Shown here: in pieces, positions 53,602 to 62,419 of the stretch
Layout: each line of letters opens with the position of its first letter
Numbering within the stretch: the first letter of the stretch is position 1
Origin: an uncultured Thermoplasmata archaeon
Lineage (GTDB): Archaea; Thermoplasmatota; Thermoplasmata; Lutacidiplasmatales; UBA184
Assembly (NCBI GenBank): GCA_963719635.1
Contig: CAVRCS010000004.1
Location: 557,908 to 621,907, forward strand
Length of the DNA: 64,000 nt
Reading direction: 5' to 3'
Made by a program: the position numbers and the translations under genes
The notes under the pieces: generated by a model
Seen by the model: the letters and a program-made list of their open reading frames with translations, nothing else
Databases searched by the model: none
What the model was told of the DNA's origin: nothing

Positions 53602-55533
53602 GTGGCGGACCGCGGAGCAGGCCGACCCCTTTCCGAGGCCCGGGTCTCGGTCGGGAGTCCGGAGATCGACGAGATGCTCAGCGGCGGGCTGATGCCCCGT
53701 CGCCCGTACCTGGTGGTCGGCCCGTCCGGCACCGGCAAGACCACCCTCGCGCTCCAGTTCCTCTGCGAGGGGATCCGGCACGGCGAAAAGGTGCTGTACG
53801 TCACCGTGGAGGACCCGCCGAACGAGGTCCGGTTCAACCACCGCGCGCTGCGCCCGCTGCTCGACCGCATCGACGTCTTCGACGCAATCCCGGACGTGAT
53901 GCGCTACGAGCACACGCCGTTCAAGGATATCGCGGCGGTCCGGGAGGTCGTCCCGTTCGCCCGCGTTCCCGAGGAGATCCGGCAGACGCCGGAGTTCTCG
54001 AGCGTCGAGATCACCGGCGCCGCGCTCGAGCAGATGCTCCGCAGCGAGGTGCAGAAGCACGGCTACACCCGGCTCGTCGTCGACTCGCTGACCGCGCTGC
54101 AGTACTTCTGCATGAAAGGGTACGACCCGATGATCGGGGCGCAAACGTTCCTGCGCTTCCTCACCGACCTCCGGGTCACGAGCCTGCTCACGGTGGAGGC
54201 GCCGCTGGAGGACGTGGAGTCGCCCGAGCGGATGCTCGCCCGGGGCGAGGTGCGCCTCTTCCGCTGGGAGTTGGACGGCGCGACGGTCCGCGCGGTCGGC
54301 GTTGAGAAGTTCCGGGGGAGCGCGCACGACGTGCGGCTGCACCCGTACCGGATCAGCCCGCGGGGCTTGGACGTCCAGCTCGGTCCCACGATCTCGCGCG
54401 ACACCCGGCAGATCGTCCCGCCCGCCATCGCCGTCGCGCTCGGCGTCGTTCCGACCCCGCCCAGCGCGTCGTCCGCTCCGGTGGTCGCCGAGCCCCTCTC
54501 GGAGCAGATCCACGACCTGGTGACGCTCGGGGTCGACGTCGCCCCGCTCCGAACGGAGGTCGTGGCGGCTCTGACCGCAGCGAGGTCGCTGCGGCCGGAA
54601 GAGCTCGCGGTCCGCCTCGCCCGTCTCTCCGCGATGGTCATCGCGCTCACGCCCCCGGGACCTCCGACGGGGCCGTCCGACCTCCCGTCCGCCGGCCCGG
54701 CAGCCCGTGCGCTCCAGCGCGCGCGCTCCCGCGCCGACCGGACTCGAGAGGGGATTCCCCCGACCGAGGCTCCGGCCCCCACGGTCGTCGGGCGGGAGTT
54801 GGAGGGGATTCTCGCGACCCTTCCGGCGTTCGCAGCGGCGCCCGAGCCGTCGATCCGTACGGCGGGCGAGGAACCCACCGTGCCCGAAACACCGGTCGAG
54901 ACCCACGCCGCTCCGACCCCTCCCGCACCCGATGCGGGAGAGGGCCCGTCGGCGCCCGTCGTCGTCCCCGCCCTGCCGGGGCCCGCACCGTCGGAAAGGC
55001 ATCGTCCGGCGATCCTGCCCCCGCCGCCGCCTCCGCCGACCTGGGGACCCAAGCCCGCCGCCCCGGCGCTCCGCCGACGTTCCTCGCGGACATCGCCCGT
55101 GACGTCACCGGTGCCTCCTCCGCTGCCGGTGGTGCCAAAGCTCCCCGGGGCGCCTTCCCTCGAAATCGCGGCGCCAGCCCCCGCTGCCCGACCCGCGGCT
55201 CCCGACCTCCCCACCCCCGAGGCGGTGCGAGGGGCCGAGCCGGCAGCGACCGTGCCGAAGACCCTAGCTCCGCGTCGCCGCCGCCGGACGACCACTCCGA
55301 AGCGTGTCGCGGTCTCGCCCGCGGAAGGGTCGTCCCTTCCCACAGAGGAGGCGACCGCCGCCGGTGACGAGGCGAAGCCCCGCCGGCGGACCGTCCGGCG
55401 CAAGAAGGCGCCGACGGTCGTCTCCGCCACCGCGGTCGACCCGCCCTCTGAGGGCCCCCCGGCATCGTCCGCTCCCCCGCCCGCGCCCGCGGCTTCCTCC
55501 CGAGAACCGACGACTCCCGCGGGGTCGGCATGA
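53602..55533 (+). CDS. KaiC/RecA-superfamily ATPase (single KaiC-like domain) with ~380-aa Pro-rich, basic disordered tail
   Basis: IDEMLSGGLMPRRPYLVVGPSGTGKTTLALQF (Walker A) and TRLVVDSLTAL (Walker B). From about residue 265 the composition is Pro/Ala/Thr-rich with RRRR/KK patches. Confidence 0.75.
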   Translation: MADRGAGRPLSEARVSVGSPEIDEMLSGGLMPRRPYLVVGPSGTGKTTLALQFLCEGIRHGEKVLYVTVEDPPNEVRFNHRALRPLLDRIDVFDAIPDVMRYEHTPFKDIAAVREVVPFARVPEEIRQTPEFSSVEITGAALEQMLRSEVQKHGYTRLVVDSLTALQYFCMKGYDPMIGAQTFLRFLTDLRVTSLLTVEAPLEDVESPERMLARGEVRLFRWELDGATVRAVGVEKFRGSAHDVRLHPYRISPRGLDVQLGPTISRDTRQIVPPAIAVALGVVPTPPSASSAPVVAEPLSEQIHDLVTLGVDVAPLRTEVVAALTAARSLRPEELAVRLARLSAMVIALTPPGPPTGPSDLPSAGPAARALQRARSRADRTREGIPPTEAPAPTVVGRELEGILATLPAFAAAPEPSIRTAGEEPTVPETPVETHAAPTPPAPDAGEGPSAPVVVPALPGPAPSERHRPAILPPPPPPPTWGPKPAAPALRRRSSRTSPVTSPVPPPLPVVPKLPGAPSLEIAAPAPAARPAAPDLPTPEAVRGAEPAATVPKTLAPRRRRRTTTPKRVAVSPAEGSSLPTEEATAAGDEAKPRRRTVRRKKAPTVVSATAVDPPSEGPPASSAPPPAPAASSREPTTPAGSA

Positions 55534-56315
55534 GCGTCTACGAGGCGGAGCTCTCGCCTCGCGTCTCCACCGGCATTCCCGGCCTCGACCGGATGCTCGG
55601 CGGCGGCGTGATCCCCGGCAGGCCGTACCTCGTCACCGGCGGCAACGGCGCGGGGAAGACGCTGCTCGCGCTCAGCTTCCTCCTCGAGGGCCTGCGTCAG
55701 GACGAAGAGGTACTGCTGGTCGCCGCCGACGAACCGCCGGCGGAGATCGTCGAGAATGTACGGTCGTTCCGATGGGACCTTTCCCAGGTCCAGACGCTGG
55801 ACGCGAATCCCGGAGGTCGGGGGTTCAAGCGGACCGCCGCCGTGCAGGAGATCCGCTCGATGAACGACCTGAGGTCGATGCGGGCGATCACCGACGAGGC
55901 GACGCGGAACCCCACCGCCGACCCCGAGGGGATCACCATCCAGTCGATCCACCTCAAGCTGCGGCAGCAGATGGCCGACCGCCCGTTCCGCCGCGTCGTC
56001 GTCGACTCGATGACGTCGATCCGGCGCTTCGCCTTGCGGGGCGGCATCGACTCGCAGGCGGAGCGGACGGAGATCCAGTCGCTGCTGCGGTTCCTCGCCG
56101 AGCGCGAAACGACGACCTTGATCACCGCTTCGCCGGCCGACCCGGGCGTGCTCGCCGCGGAGGAGGTCCTGACGCGGGGAGAGATCCTGCTGACGCGCAA
56201 ATGGATCGGCGACCGGTCCGTCCGTCAGATCAAGGTCGTCCGCATGCGCGGCTGCGCGCACGACCCGGAGCGCCGCCCGTTCGCGATCACCCCGCAGGGA
56301 CTCGTCGTCGGGTAG
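55530..56315 (+). CDS. KaiC/RecA-superfamily ATPase (single KaiC-like domain)
   Basis: ATGA overlap with the upstream paralog. GLDRMLGGGVIPGRPYLVTGGNGAGKTLLALSF and RRVVVDSMTSI. Confidence 0.8.
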   Translation: MSVYEAELSPRVSTGIPGLDRMLGGGVIPGRPYLVTGGNGAGKTLLALSFLLEGLRQDEEVLLVAADEPPAEIVENVRSFRWDLSQVQTLDANPGGRGFKRTAAVQEIRSMNDLRSMRAITDEATRNPTADPEGITIQSIHLKLRQQMADRPFRRVVVDSMTSIRRFALRGGIDSQAERTEIQSLLRFLAERETTTLITASPADPGVLAAEEVLTRGEILLTRKWIGDRSVRQIKVVRMRGCAHDPERRPFAITPQGLVVG

Positions 56316-56327
56316 GTGTCGGCGACG

Positions 56328-57599
56328 CTATGCCGCCGCCAGGACGCGGCCGACTTTCGCCGCGCTCTCTTTCGTCCGGAGCCGCGGGGCGACGTAGACG
56401 CTCACCGCGGAGTCGGCGCTCGGCCGAACGGCCAGCGACCTCCAGGGGACCGGGGCCCGGAACGGGAAGGAGACCCGGCCGTCCTCGACGAGCCCCACGG
56501 TCCCCCAGTCCTCCGCAGGGTCGCCGCGGGTGACGAGGCCGGCGAGGTCCAGCAGCGCCGAGCCGGGCGGGCCGCCCAGGGCCGCCGCGATTGCATCCTC
56601 CAGCGCCCTCCGCTCGGCCGGCCGGTCGATCCATCGGCTCCAGCGGCGTCGCTCGCCTGCCGGGACCGTAGGGATCGCCAGCGCCCGCTTGTAGAGCCGG
56701 CGCTCGAGCAGCCGTTCGACGAGCTCCCCGGCTACCCCGCCGGCCGTCCCGAGCCGGACGAGCAGCTCGCCGTCGGTGAGCGCGAACAGCCCGGAGGCGC
56801 TCTGCGGAAAGCCGGGAGACCGCTCGACCGCGGCCTGGGCCATCATCTCCGCCGCGCGGACGGTCTTGTGGTAGTATACGGTGGAGTACATCAGCGCCCG
56901 GCCGACGGCGAACCCGGCGACCGCGCTCCGCCCCTTTTCGGCGAAGACCATCCGGCCGTCCTGAGCGCGCACGGTGTCGAACAGGCGCACCGCGTCGATC
57001 GCGCCGTGCGCGACCCCGGTGTAGTGCGCGTCGCGCTGCAGGTAGTCGAGCCGGTCCGCGTCGATCGCCCCGTGGAGGATCGCGCCCGGGAGCGGGGCCC
57101 GGGGGCTCGGCCGCCGGGGGTCGATCAGTTCGGCGACCGCGCGGGCGTCCACGCCGTACCGCTCCAGCGTGGCGGGGACGAGCGATTTCTCCGCCGGCCA
57201 GGTCGCATCGCGCCCGAGCACCCGCTCGCGCGAGAGCCGCTCGTGCCGGCCGCCGGTCACCTCCCGCAGCGGGAGGTCGAGGGTGTGCGAGAACGGCGGA
57301 TGCCCCAGGTCGTGGAGCAGGGCCGCGACGCGGACCCGCTCCGCCGTCGTCGCGTCGAGCCCGAGCCGTCGTGCGATCTCGGAGGCGACCCAGAACGTGC
57401 CCAGCGCGTGCTCCAGCCGCGTGTGGTTCGCGCCCGGGAAGACGAGGTGGGCGAAGCCGGTCTGCCGGATCCCCCAGAGACGCTGGACCTCGGGGGTCCC
57501 GAGGAGGGCCAGCGCGACGCCGTCGAGCGTGATCGTGCCGTGGACCGGGTCGAAGATCGACTTCCCGGCCGGAGCTCGGGTAGCGGCGTGGCGCGGCAC
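56328..57599 (-). CDS. HD-domain phosphohydrolase (dNTP triphosphohydrolase-like)
   Basis: NHTRLEHALGT ... LLHDLGHPPFSH ... DADRLDYLQRD match the HD superfamily metal ligands. Confidence 0.8.
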   Translation of the reverse strand: MPRHAATRAPAGKSIFDPVHGTITLDGVALALLGTPEVQRLWGIRQTGFAHLVFPGANHTRLEHALGTFWVASEIARRLGLDATTAERVRVAALLHDLGHPPFSHTLDLPLREVTGGRHERLSRERVLGRDATWPAEKSLVPATLERYGVDARAVAELIDPRRPSPRAPLPGAILHGAIDADRLDYLQRDAHYTGVAHGAIDAVRLFDTVRAQDGRMVFAEKGRSAVAGFAVGRALMYSTVYYHKTVRAAEMMAQAAVERSPGFPQSASGLFALTDGELLVRLGTAGGVAGELVERLLERRLYKRALAIPTVPAGERRRWSRWIDRPAERRALEDAIAAALGGPPGSALLDLAGLVTRGDPAEDWGTVGLVEDGRVSFPFRAPVPWRSLAVRPSADSAVSVYVAPRLRTKESAAKVGRVLAAA

Positions 57600-57700
57600 G
57601 ACGGGACCGAGCCGTCTTGGCGCATAACGCCCCGGAGCGCGGCGGACGCCGCCCCGGGCCCGGTCCTCTCCCGGCGGACCTCCGCGCCTCGGGACTAACT

Positions 57701-57708
57701 CTTTTATC
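57701..57708 (+). promoter_or_regulatory. TATA-like box CTTTTATC, 25 nt upstream of ATG 57734
   Basis: AT patch in the divergent intergenic region between the HD and TPR genes. The same octamer occurs at 29618..29625. Confidence 0.45.
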
Positions 57709-57733
57709 GCGCGTCGAAGCTCGAACTGTGCTT

Positions 57734-60700
57734 ATGGCTTCAGCCGCTCGCTCCGGCCACCGGGCCACCCCGCTCGAGGAGGTGCGGGCGCGGTTCCGCG
57801 CGGTCGAAGAGGCGGAGCCCGGCAGGGACCGGGGCCGGTACGTCGAGGCCCTCAAGGCGTTCCTCGCCACCGCCGAGCGGCACGCGGACGCGATCGCCGC
57901 CGACGGTCGGGACGTCGCGCCGCTGCTCGACGAGGCGGCGATGGCGTTCTACCGCGCTTCCAATCCCGCGCTCGCCGAGCGGGCCGTCGACCTCGGGCTG
58001 CGGCTGAGCCCGGGGACCTCCAGCCTGCTTCACCACAAGGCGCTCGTCCTGCTCGCGCTCAACCGCGACCTTCCCGAGGTCGTCAAGCTCGTCGACGAGG
58101 CGCTCGAGGCGAACCCGACCGACCGCGGGCTGTGGGCGACGCGCGGCGACGCGCTGCGCCTTCTCGGCCGGACGGACGACGCCGCCGACGCCTACGTCCG
58201 CGCCCAGGCGCTCGACCTCACCTCGACCGAGTACGTCGAGCGCGCCCTCAAGCTCGTCCCGCACCACCCCCGCGCGTTGCGGTTGAAGGTCGACCTCGCG
58301 CGCGCCCACGGCGGCGACCTCCGCGCCCTCGAGGCGGTCGAGGAGCTTCTCTCGCAGAACCCGGACGACGGCGACCTGCAGCTCTCGCACGCCGAGCTGC
58401 TCGCCTCGGTCGGGCGCCGGGACGACGCCCTGGAGGCGTTGCGCAAGGTGGCGTATGCCGGCTCCGAGCCGACCCGCGCGCTTGAGATGCGCCTGTTGTT
58501 CGACCTCGGGCGCGGGAACGAGGCGGTCCCGATCGCGCGCGGGATGGTCGAGGGGGAAGAGCCGCCGTCCGCGCGCACGCTCGAGGAGGTGGCGGCGCTC
58601 GCCGCCGCCTCCGAGCCCGAGCTCGCCCTCGCCGCACGCCAGCGGCTCGCCTCCGTCGACCCGCGGAACGTGCAGAACCTGCTCGACCTGCGCCTGCTCG
58701 CGGAGAGCCTCGGGCGCCACGAGATCGCGCTCGCCGCCTGCCGGGCCGTCCTCGCCTCCGACGCCCAGAACCTGGAGGCGATGCGCGCGGTCGCCGAGAT
58801 CGAGGCGGGCGCCGGCCGGGCCACGGAGGCGCTCGAGGCGTACCGGGAACTCGCCCAGCACCACCCGGGGGCCATCGGGGAGTTGCGCAAGGCGCTCGCG
58901 CTGGCGCGGTCGACCGCCCACCCGCAGGACCTCCGGGCGTTCGCCGAAGCGATCCTCGCCGTCGAGCCCACCGACGCGGAAGCGCGCAGCGAGCTCGCCT
59001 ACGCGCTCGCCTCGGCCGGCGACACCGCCGGTGCGCTGGAAGAGTTCGATGCGCTGCTCAAGGCGCACCCGGGAGATGTGAACGTCCTCCTCGCCAAGCG
59101 CGACCTCCTCTCGACGTCGGACGACCGGCAGGCGCTCGCCCCGGTGCTGGACGAGCTGTTCCGGCTCGACCCGACGCGGACCGACGTCGCCGTAGAGCGC
59201 GGACACCTCCACCTCGCGAACGCCTACGACATGCCGGAAGGCTCGGCCGAGCGGAGCGAGGGGGCGCGGGCGGCCCTCGTCTCGTACGAGCGGGCGTCCT
59301 CCGACCCGGACGCCGCCGACGTCGCCCTGCTCGGGATCGCCCGGGCGTCGCGCCTCGTCGACGACCACGAGCGCGCCGTCGGCGCCTACAGTGCGTTCCT
59401 CTCCAAGCCGGAGCATGCCGGCCGCCTCGACATCCGCAAGGAGCGGGCGCACGCGCTCCGCGAGACCGGCAACCTTCCCGAGGCGGCCGAGGAGTACGAG
59501 CGGGCGCTCGCGGGCGGGCTGGAGGACTCCGACCTCCTCTGGGGCGCCACCGACACCCTCGCCCGGCTCGGCCAGTCGGCCGCGGCGCTCCGCCACCTCG
59601 AGGTGCTCCTCCAGCGGGAGCCGAACGAACCGCTGTTCCTCCGCCGCAAGGGCCAGCTGCTGCTCCAGGCCGGTCGCCGCGCCGAGGCGCTCGCGGTGCT
59701 GCAGCGGGCCGTCCAGGGCTCGGAGCGGGACCCGCAGGCGTTCTTCGAGGTCGCCGAGGCGCTGCGGGCGCAGGGGGCGTACCCCGACGCGATCGTGTAC
59801 TACCAGCGCGGGCTCGCCGTCGACCCGAAGCATCGCTACGGCCGGCTGGCGCTCGCCGAAACGCTCCTGCTCGCAGGACGGTACCCGGACGTTCTCGGCA
59901 TCGTCGACCCGCTCCTGAAGGAGGAGCCGAACGACCTGGCGGCCTGGAAGGCTCGGGCGGACGCCTGGCGCGCGCTCGGCCGACCGCCCGAGGTCCTCTA
60001 CTCGCTGGAGGCGATCCTGCTCCTCGACCCGGAGAGCGGCCCCGCGCTGCTCGAGATGTACCGGCTACGCCGCGACCGCGGGGAGACGAAGGAGGCGTAC
60101 GAGGCGCTGGAGCGGCTCCTGCGCTCCGGCGGGGCCGAGGGGCAGGAGGCGGCGCTCCAGCTCGAGCTGGGGGACCTCGCCTCCGCGATCGGCTCGCCGG
60201 ACGCCGCGAACGCCGCCTACGAGAAGGCCGCGGCGATCGACCCGGCGATGCGGGTCGAGATCGCCCTCCGACGCGCCCGCCTCCGCCAGTCGGCCGGGCG
60301 GCCGGACCTCGCGCTCGAGGTGCTCGACTCCACGCTCCAGCACGGCACCCCGCCGGCGGCGCCGAGCATCTCGGCGCTGCTGCTCCGCGCCGAGCTGCTG
60401 GCGACGCTGGAGCGACCGGCGGAGGCGCGGACCGCCTACGAAGAGGTCCGCCGCCGCGAACCGAAGTCCCCGACGGCCGCCGCGGGGATCGCCCGGTCGA
60501 TGATCGCCGAGGGACGCCACGCGGACGCCGTCACGTTCCTCGAGGAGGCGCTCCCGCCGCTCCCGCCCGAGGACGAGGCGTTCCTCCTGCTCGCCGAGGC
60601 GCAAAGCGCGCTCGGCCACCTCGACAAGGCTAGGGACGCGCTCGCACGGGGACTGGCCACGCTCCCGAAGTCGGTCGCGCTGTGGAGCCGGCTGGGTGAG

Positions 60701-62308
60701 GTGGGGATCGCCCGGCAAGCGTGGGCGGACGCGGCGAGCGCCTTCGCCCACGCGCTGGCCCTCACGCCCGGCGCCGTCGACCTCCTGCTCCGCGCCGGCT
60801 TCGTCGCCGACCGGCTCGGCCATCCGAACGAAGCGCTCGCGTTCTACGAGCGGGCGACCCAGGCGGAGCCGAACCACAAGCAGGCGTGGACGAGCCACGG
60901 CCTCGCGCTGCTGGCGACCGGGCGGCCGACCGACGCGACCGGCAGCTTTGACCGGGCGCTGAGCATCGACTCCGACTTCGCGCCGGCGAAGGACGGCAAG
61001 AAGCTCGCGGCGGAGAAGACCCGGGACGCGGAGATCCAGCGGCACGGGCGCGAGGCGCTCCTGCTCGAAGCCCGTCTCAATCGGACGCTCACCAAGAACG
61101 ACCTGTTCGTCACGCTCCACGTCCCGTACGAGTTCCTGTCGCCGGTGCTCCGGGAGCTCGGACAGGTCCCCAAGGTCGACCTCGCGCGCCTCGCGCCGGA
61201 CGAGATGCGGGAGTTGGACACCGCCTCCTACCACCTGATCTCGGCGGCATTGGAGCGACGCCCGCCCGGGATCGAGCGGCGGGGGTTCACGCTCTCGGAC
61301 GTCGCCGCGCTGAGCCCGCCGACCGCCTCGCTCGAGTCGATGCAGCGGCTGTTCGGCTACCTGCGCGCGGTGCTGGAGGTGGAGATCCGGCCCGAGCAGA
61401 TCGCGCTTCCACCGGACGTGGAGGAGCTCGCCCGCAAGGCGCTCACGCTGCCGCCCGAGGGCCGCACCCTCTTCCAGCTCGTACGGACGCTGCGGGTCGG
61501 CGTCTACAAGGCAAGGCTCATCAAGGCGGTCGAGGCCGCAGGGGCGAGCACGGGGACCCGCGCCCCGGCGCTCGACCTGGGCGCGTACTCCCCCGAGTTC
61601 CGACCGGCGGGCGAGCTTGCCCCGGGCGTCGGCGAGACGTTCTTCTCCCCGGAGACGAGGCCGCCGCCAGACGCCGCTTCTGCCGCGGAGCGTTCCAGCG
61701 CCGCCGCCCCTGCCCCGCAGGCGACCGCCTCCCCCGCGGTGACGGCCCACGCCGGCGACCGATGCCTCGGCTGCGGCGGGGTCGCGTCGGTCGTCCATCT
61801 CTGCGGCGCCGCGCTGTGCCGGGTGTGCATCGTCCAGTTCCCGAAGTGCCCGAAGTGTGGCGAGCGGGTCGCCCACGGCTCGACCCAGCCGCTCGCCCCG
61901 GCGCCCGCGCACGCGGCGCCGTCGAAGGGAGGTTCCTCTCCGGGCGGGACCCTAGGGGCGCTGAAGGGCGTCTTCCGCCGCGGGAGCAAGGCGAGTGCGG
62001 AGCCTCCCGCCGAGCCGAGCCGCGTGCCGCGCTCGGGCGGGGGCCATCACCCCGCCCACCGCGGAGACCACGACCCTCCCTCCAAGGAGCACGCGCGACC
62101 GGCCGAGCCCGCTCCTGCCCCGAAGAAGAGCGTCGCCCCGCCGGAGCCCGACCCGGAGACCGCGAAGGCGGAACCGAAGGAGTCTCATCACCCGACGAAG
62201 GCGGCCCCCGCGGCCGGGACGGACGGCGAGGGGAAGGACGGGCCGGCGCCGTCCGCGCCCGCGCCGGCCAAGACCCGCACGAAGAGCGACGACGAGCCCC
62301 GGCTCTGA
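57734..62308 (+). CDS. Giant TPR-repeat protein (~1,524 aa) with C-terminal RING-like eight-ligand zinc finger and disordered basic/Pro-rich tail
   Basis: ORF 57617..62308, with start set to ATG 57734 from promoter spacing. About 1,050 aa of consecutive 34-aa TPR-like units (W/LxxxGxALxxLGRxxEAxxAYxxAL patterns). The finger is CLGCGGVASVVHLCGAALCRVCIVQFPKCPKCG. Confidence 0.75.
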   Translation: MASAARSGHRATPLEEVRARFRAVEEAEPGRDRGRYVEALKAFLATAERHADAIAADGRDVAPLLDEAAMAFYRASNPALAERAVDLGLRLSPGTSSLLHHKALVLLALNRDLPEVVKLVDEALEANPTDRGLWATRGDALRLLGRTDDAADAYVRAQALDLTSTEYVERALKLVPHHPRALRLKVDLARAHGGDLRALEAVEELLSQNPDDGDLQLSHAELLASVGRRDDALEALRKVAYAGSEPTRALEMRLLFDLGRGNEAVPIARGMVEGEEPPSARTLEEVAALAAASEPELALAARQRLASVDPRNVQNLLDLRLLAESLGRHEIALAACRAVLASDAQNLEAMRAVAEIEAGAGRATEALEAYRELAQHHPGAIGELRKALALARSTAHPQDLRAFAEAILAVEPTDAEARSELAYALASAGDTAGALEEFDALLKAHPGDVNVLLAKRDLLSTSDDRQALAPVLDELFRLDPTRTDVAVERGHLHLANAYDMPEGSAERSEGARAALVSYERASSDPDAADVALLGIARASRLVDDHERAVGAYSAFLSKPEHAGRLDIRKERAHALRETGNLPEAAEEYERALAGGLEDSDLLWGATDTLARLGQSAAALRHLEVLLQREPNEPLFLRRKGQLLLQAGRRAEALAVLQRAVQGSERDPQAFFEVAEALRAQGAYPDAIVYYQRGLAVDPKHRYGRLALAETLLLAGRYPDVLGIVDPLLKEEPNDLAAWKARADAWRALGRPPEVLYSLEAILLLDPESGPALLEMYRLRRDRGETKEAYEALERLLRSGGAEGQEAALQLELGDLASAIGSPDAANAAYEKAAAIDPAMRVEIALRRARLRQSAGRPDLALEVLDSTLQHGTPPAAPSISALLLRAELLATLERPAEARTAYEEVRRREPKSPTAAAGIARSMIAEGRHADAVTFLEEALPPLPPEDEAFLLLAEAQSALGHLDKARDALARGLATLPKSVALWSRLGEVGIARQAWADAASAFAHALALTPGAVDLLLRAGFVADRLGHPNEALAFYERATQAEPNHKQAWTSHGLALLATGRPTDATGSFDRALSIDSDFAPAKDGKKLAAEKTRDAEIQRHGREALLLEARLNRTLTKNDLFVTLHVPYEFLSPVLRELGQVPKVDLARLAPDEMRELDTASYHLISAALERRPPGIERRGFTLSDVAALSPPTASLESMQRLFGYLRAVLEVEIRPEQIALPPDVEELARKALTLPPEGRTLFQLVRTLRVGVYKARLIKAVEAAGASTGTRAPALDLGAYSPEFRPAGELAPGVGETFFSPETRPPPDAASAAERSSAAAPAPQATASPAVTAHAGDRCLGCGGVASVVHLCGAALCRVCIVQFPKCPKCGERVAHGSTQPLAPAPAHAAPSKGGSSPGGTLGALKGVFRRGSKASAEPPAEPSRVPRSGGGHHPAHRGDHDPPSKEHARPAEPAPAPKKSVAPPEPDPETAKAEPKESHHPTKAAPAAGTDGEGKDGPAPSAPAPAKTRTKSDDEPRL

Positions 62309-62317
62309 GGGCCGTTT

Positions 62318-62345
62318 CCGTGCGCCCTGTCGTTCCGGCGCACGG
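62318..62345 (+). terminator. Stem-loop (CCGTGCGCC / GGCGCACGG, 10-nt loop) 10 nt after the TPR gene stop
   Basis: A perfect 9-bp inverted repeat read from the sequence. Preceded by TTT. A terminator role is inferred only. Confidence 0.3.
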
Positions 62346-62419
62346 CGGATACCGTCCTCCCGGCCGGGGGACTCACGCTATTATAGCGCCCGACGCTGAT
62401 TCGGTGAGGTAGCTCTCAG

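Noticed and set aside
54700-55530. Tandem DNA repeat or CRISPR-like periodicity in the Pro-rich KaiC tail region
   Set aside because: The repetition is only compositional (CCG/CCC codons). No exact repeated units or spacers were found, and no CRISPR-like array exists anywhere in the window.
54063-56261. 732-aa minus-strand ORF across the KaiC-like pair
   Set aside because: It is antisense to two genes with clear Walker motifs and has low-complexity composition.
57740-61912. 697-aa and 615-aa minus-strand ORFs opposite the TPR gene
   Set aside because: These are antisense artefacts. TPR periodicity is present only in the plus-strand frame.
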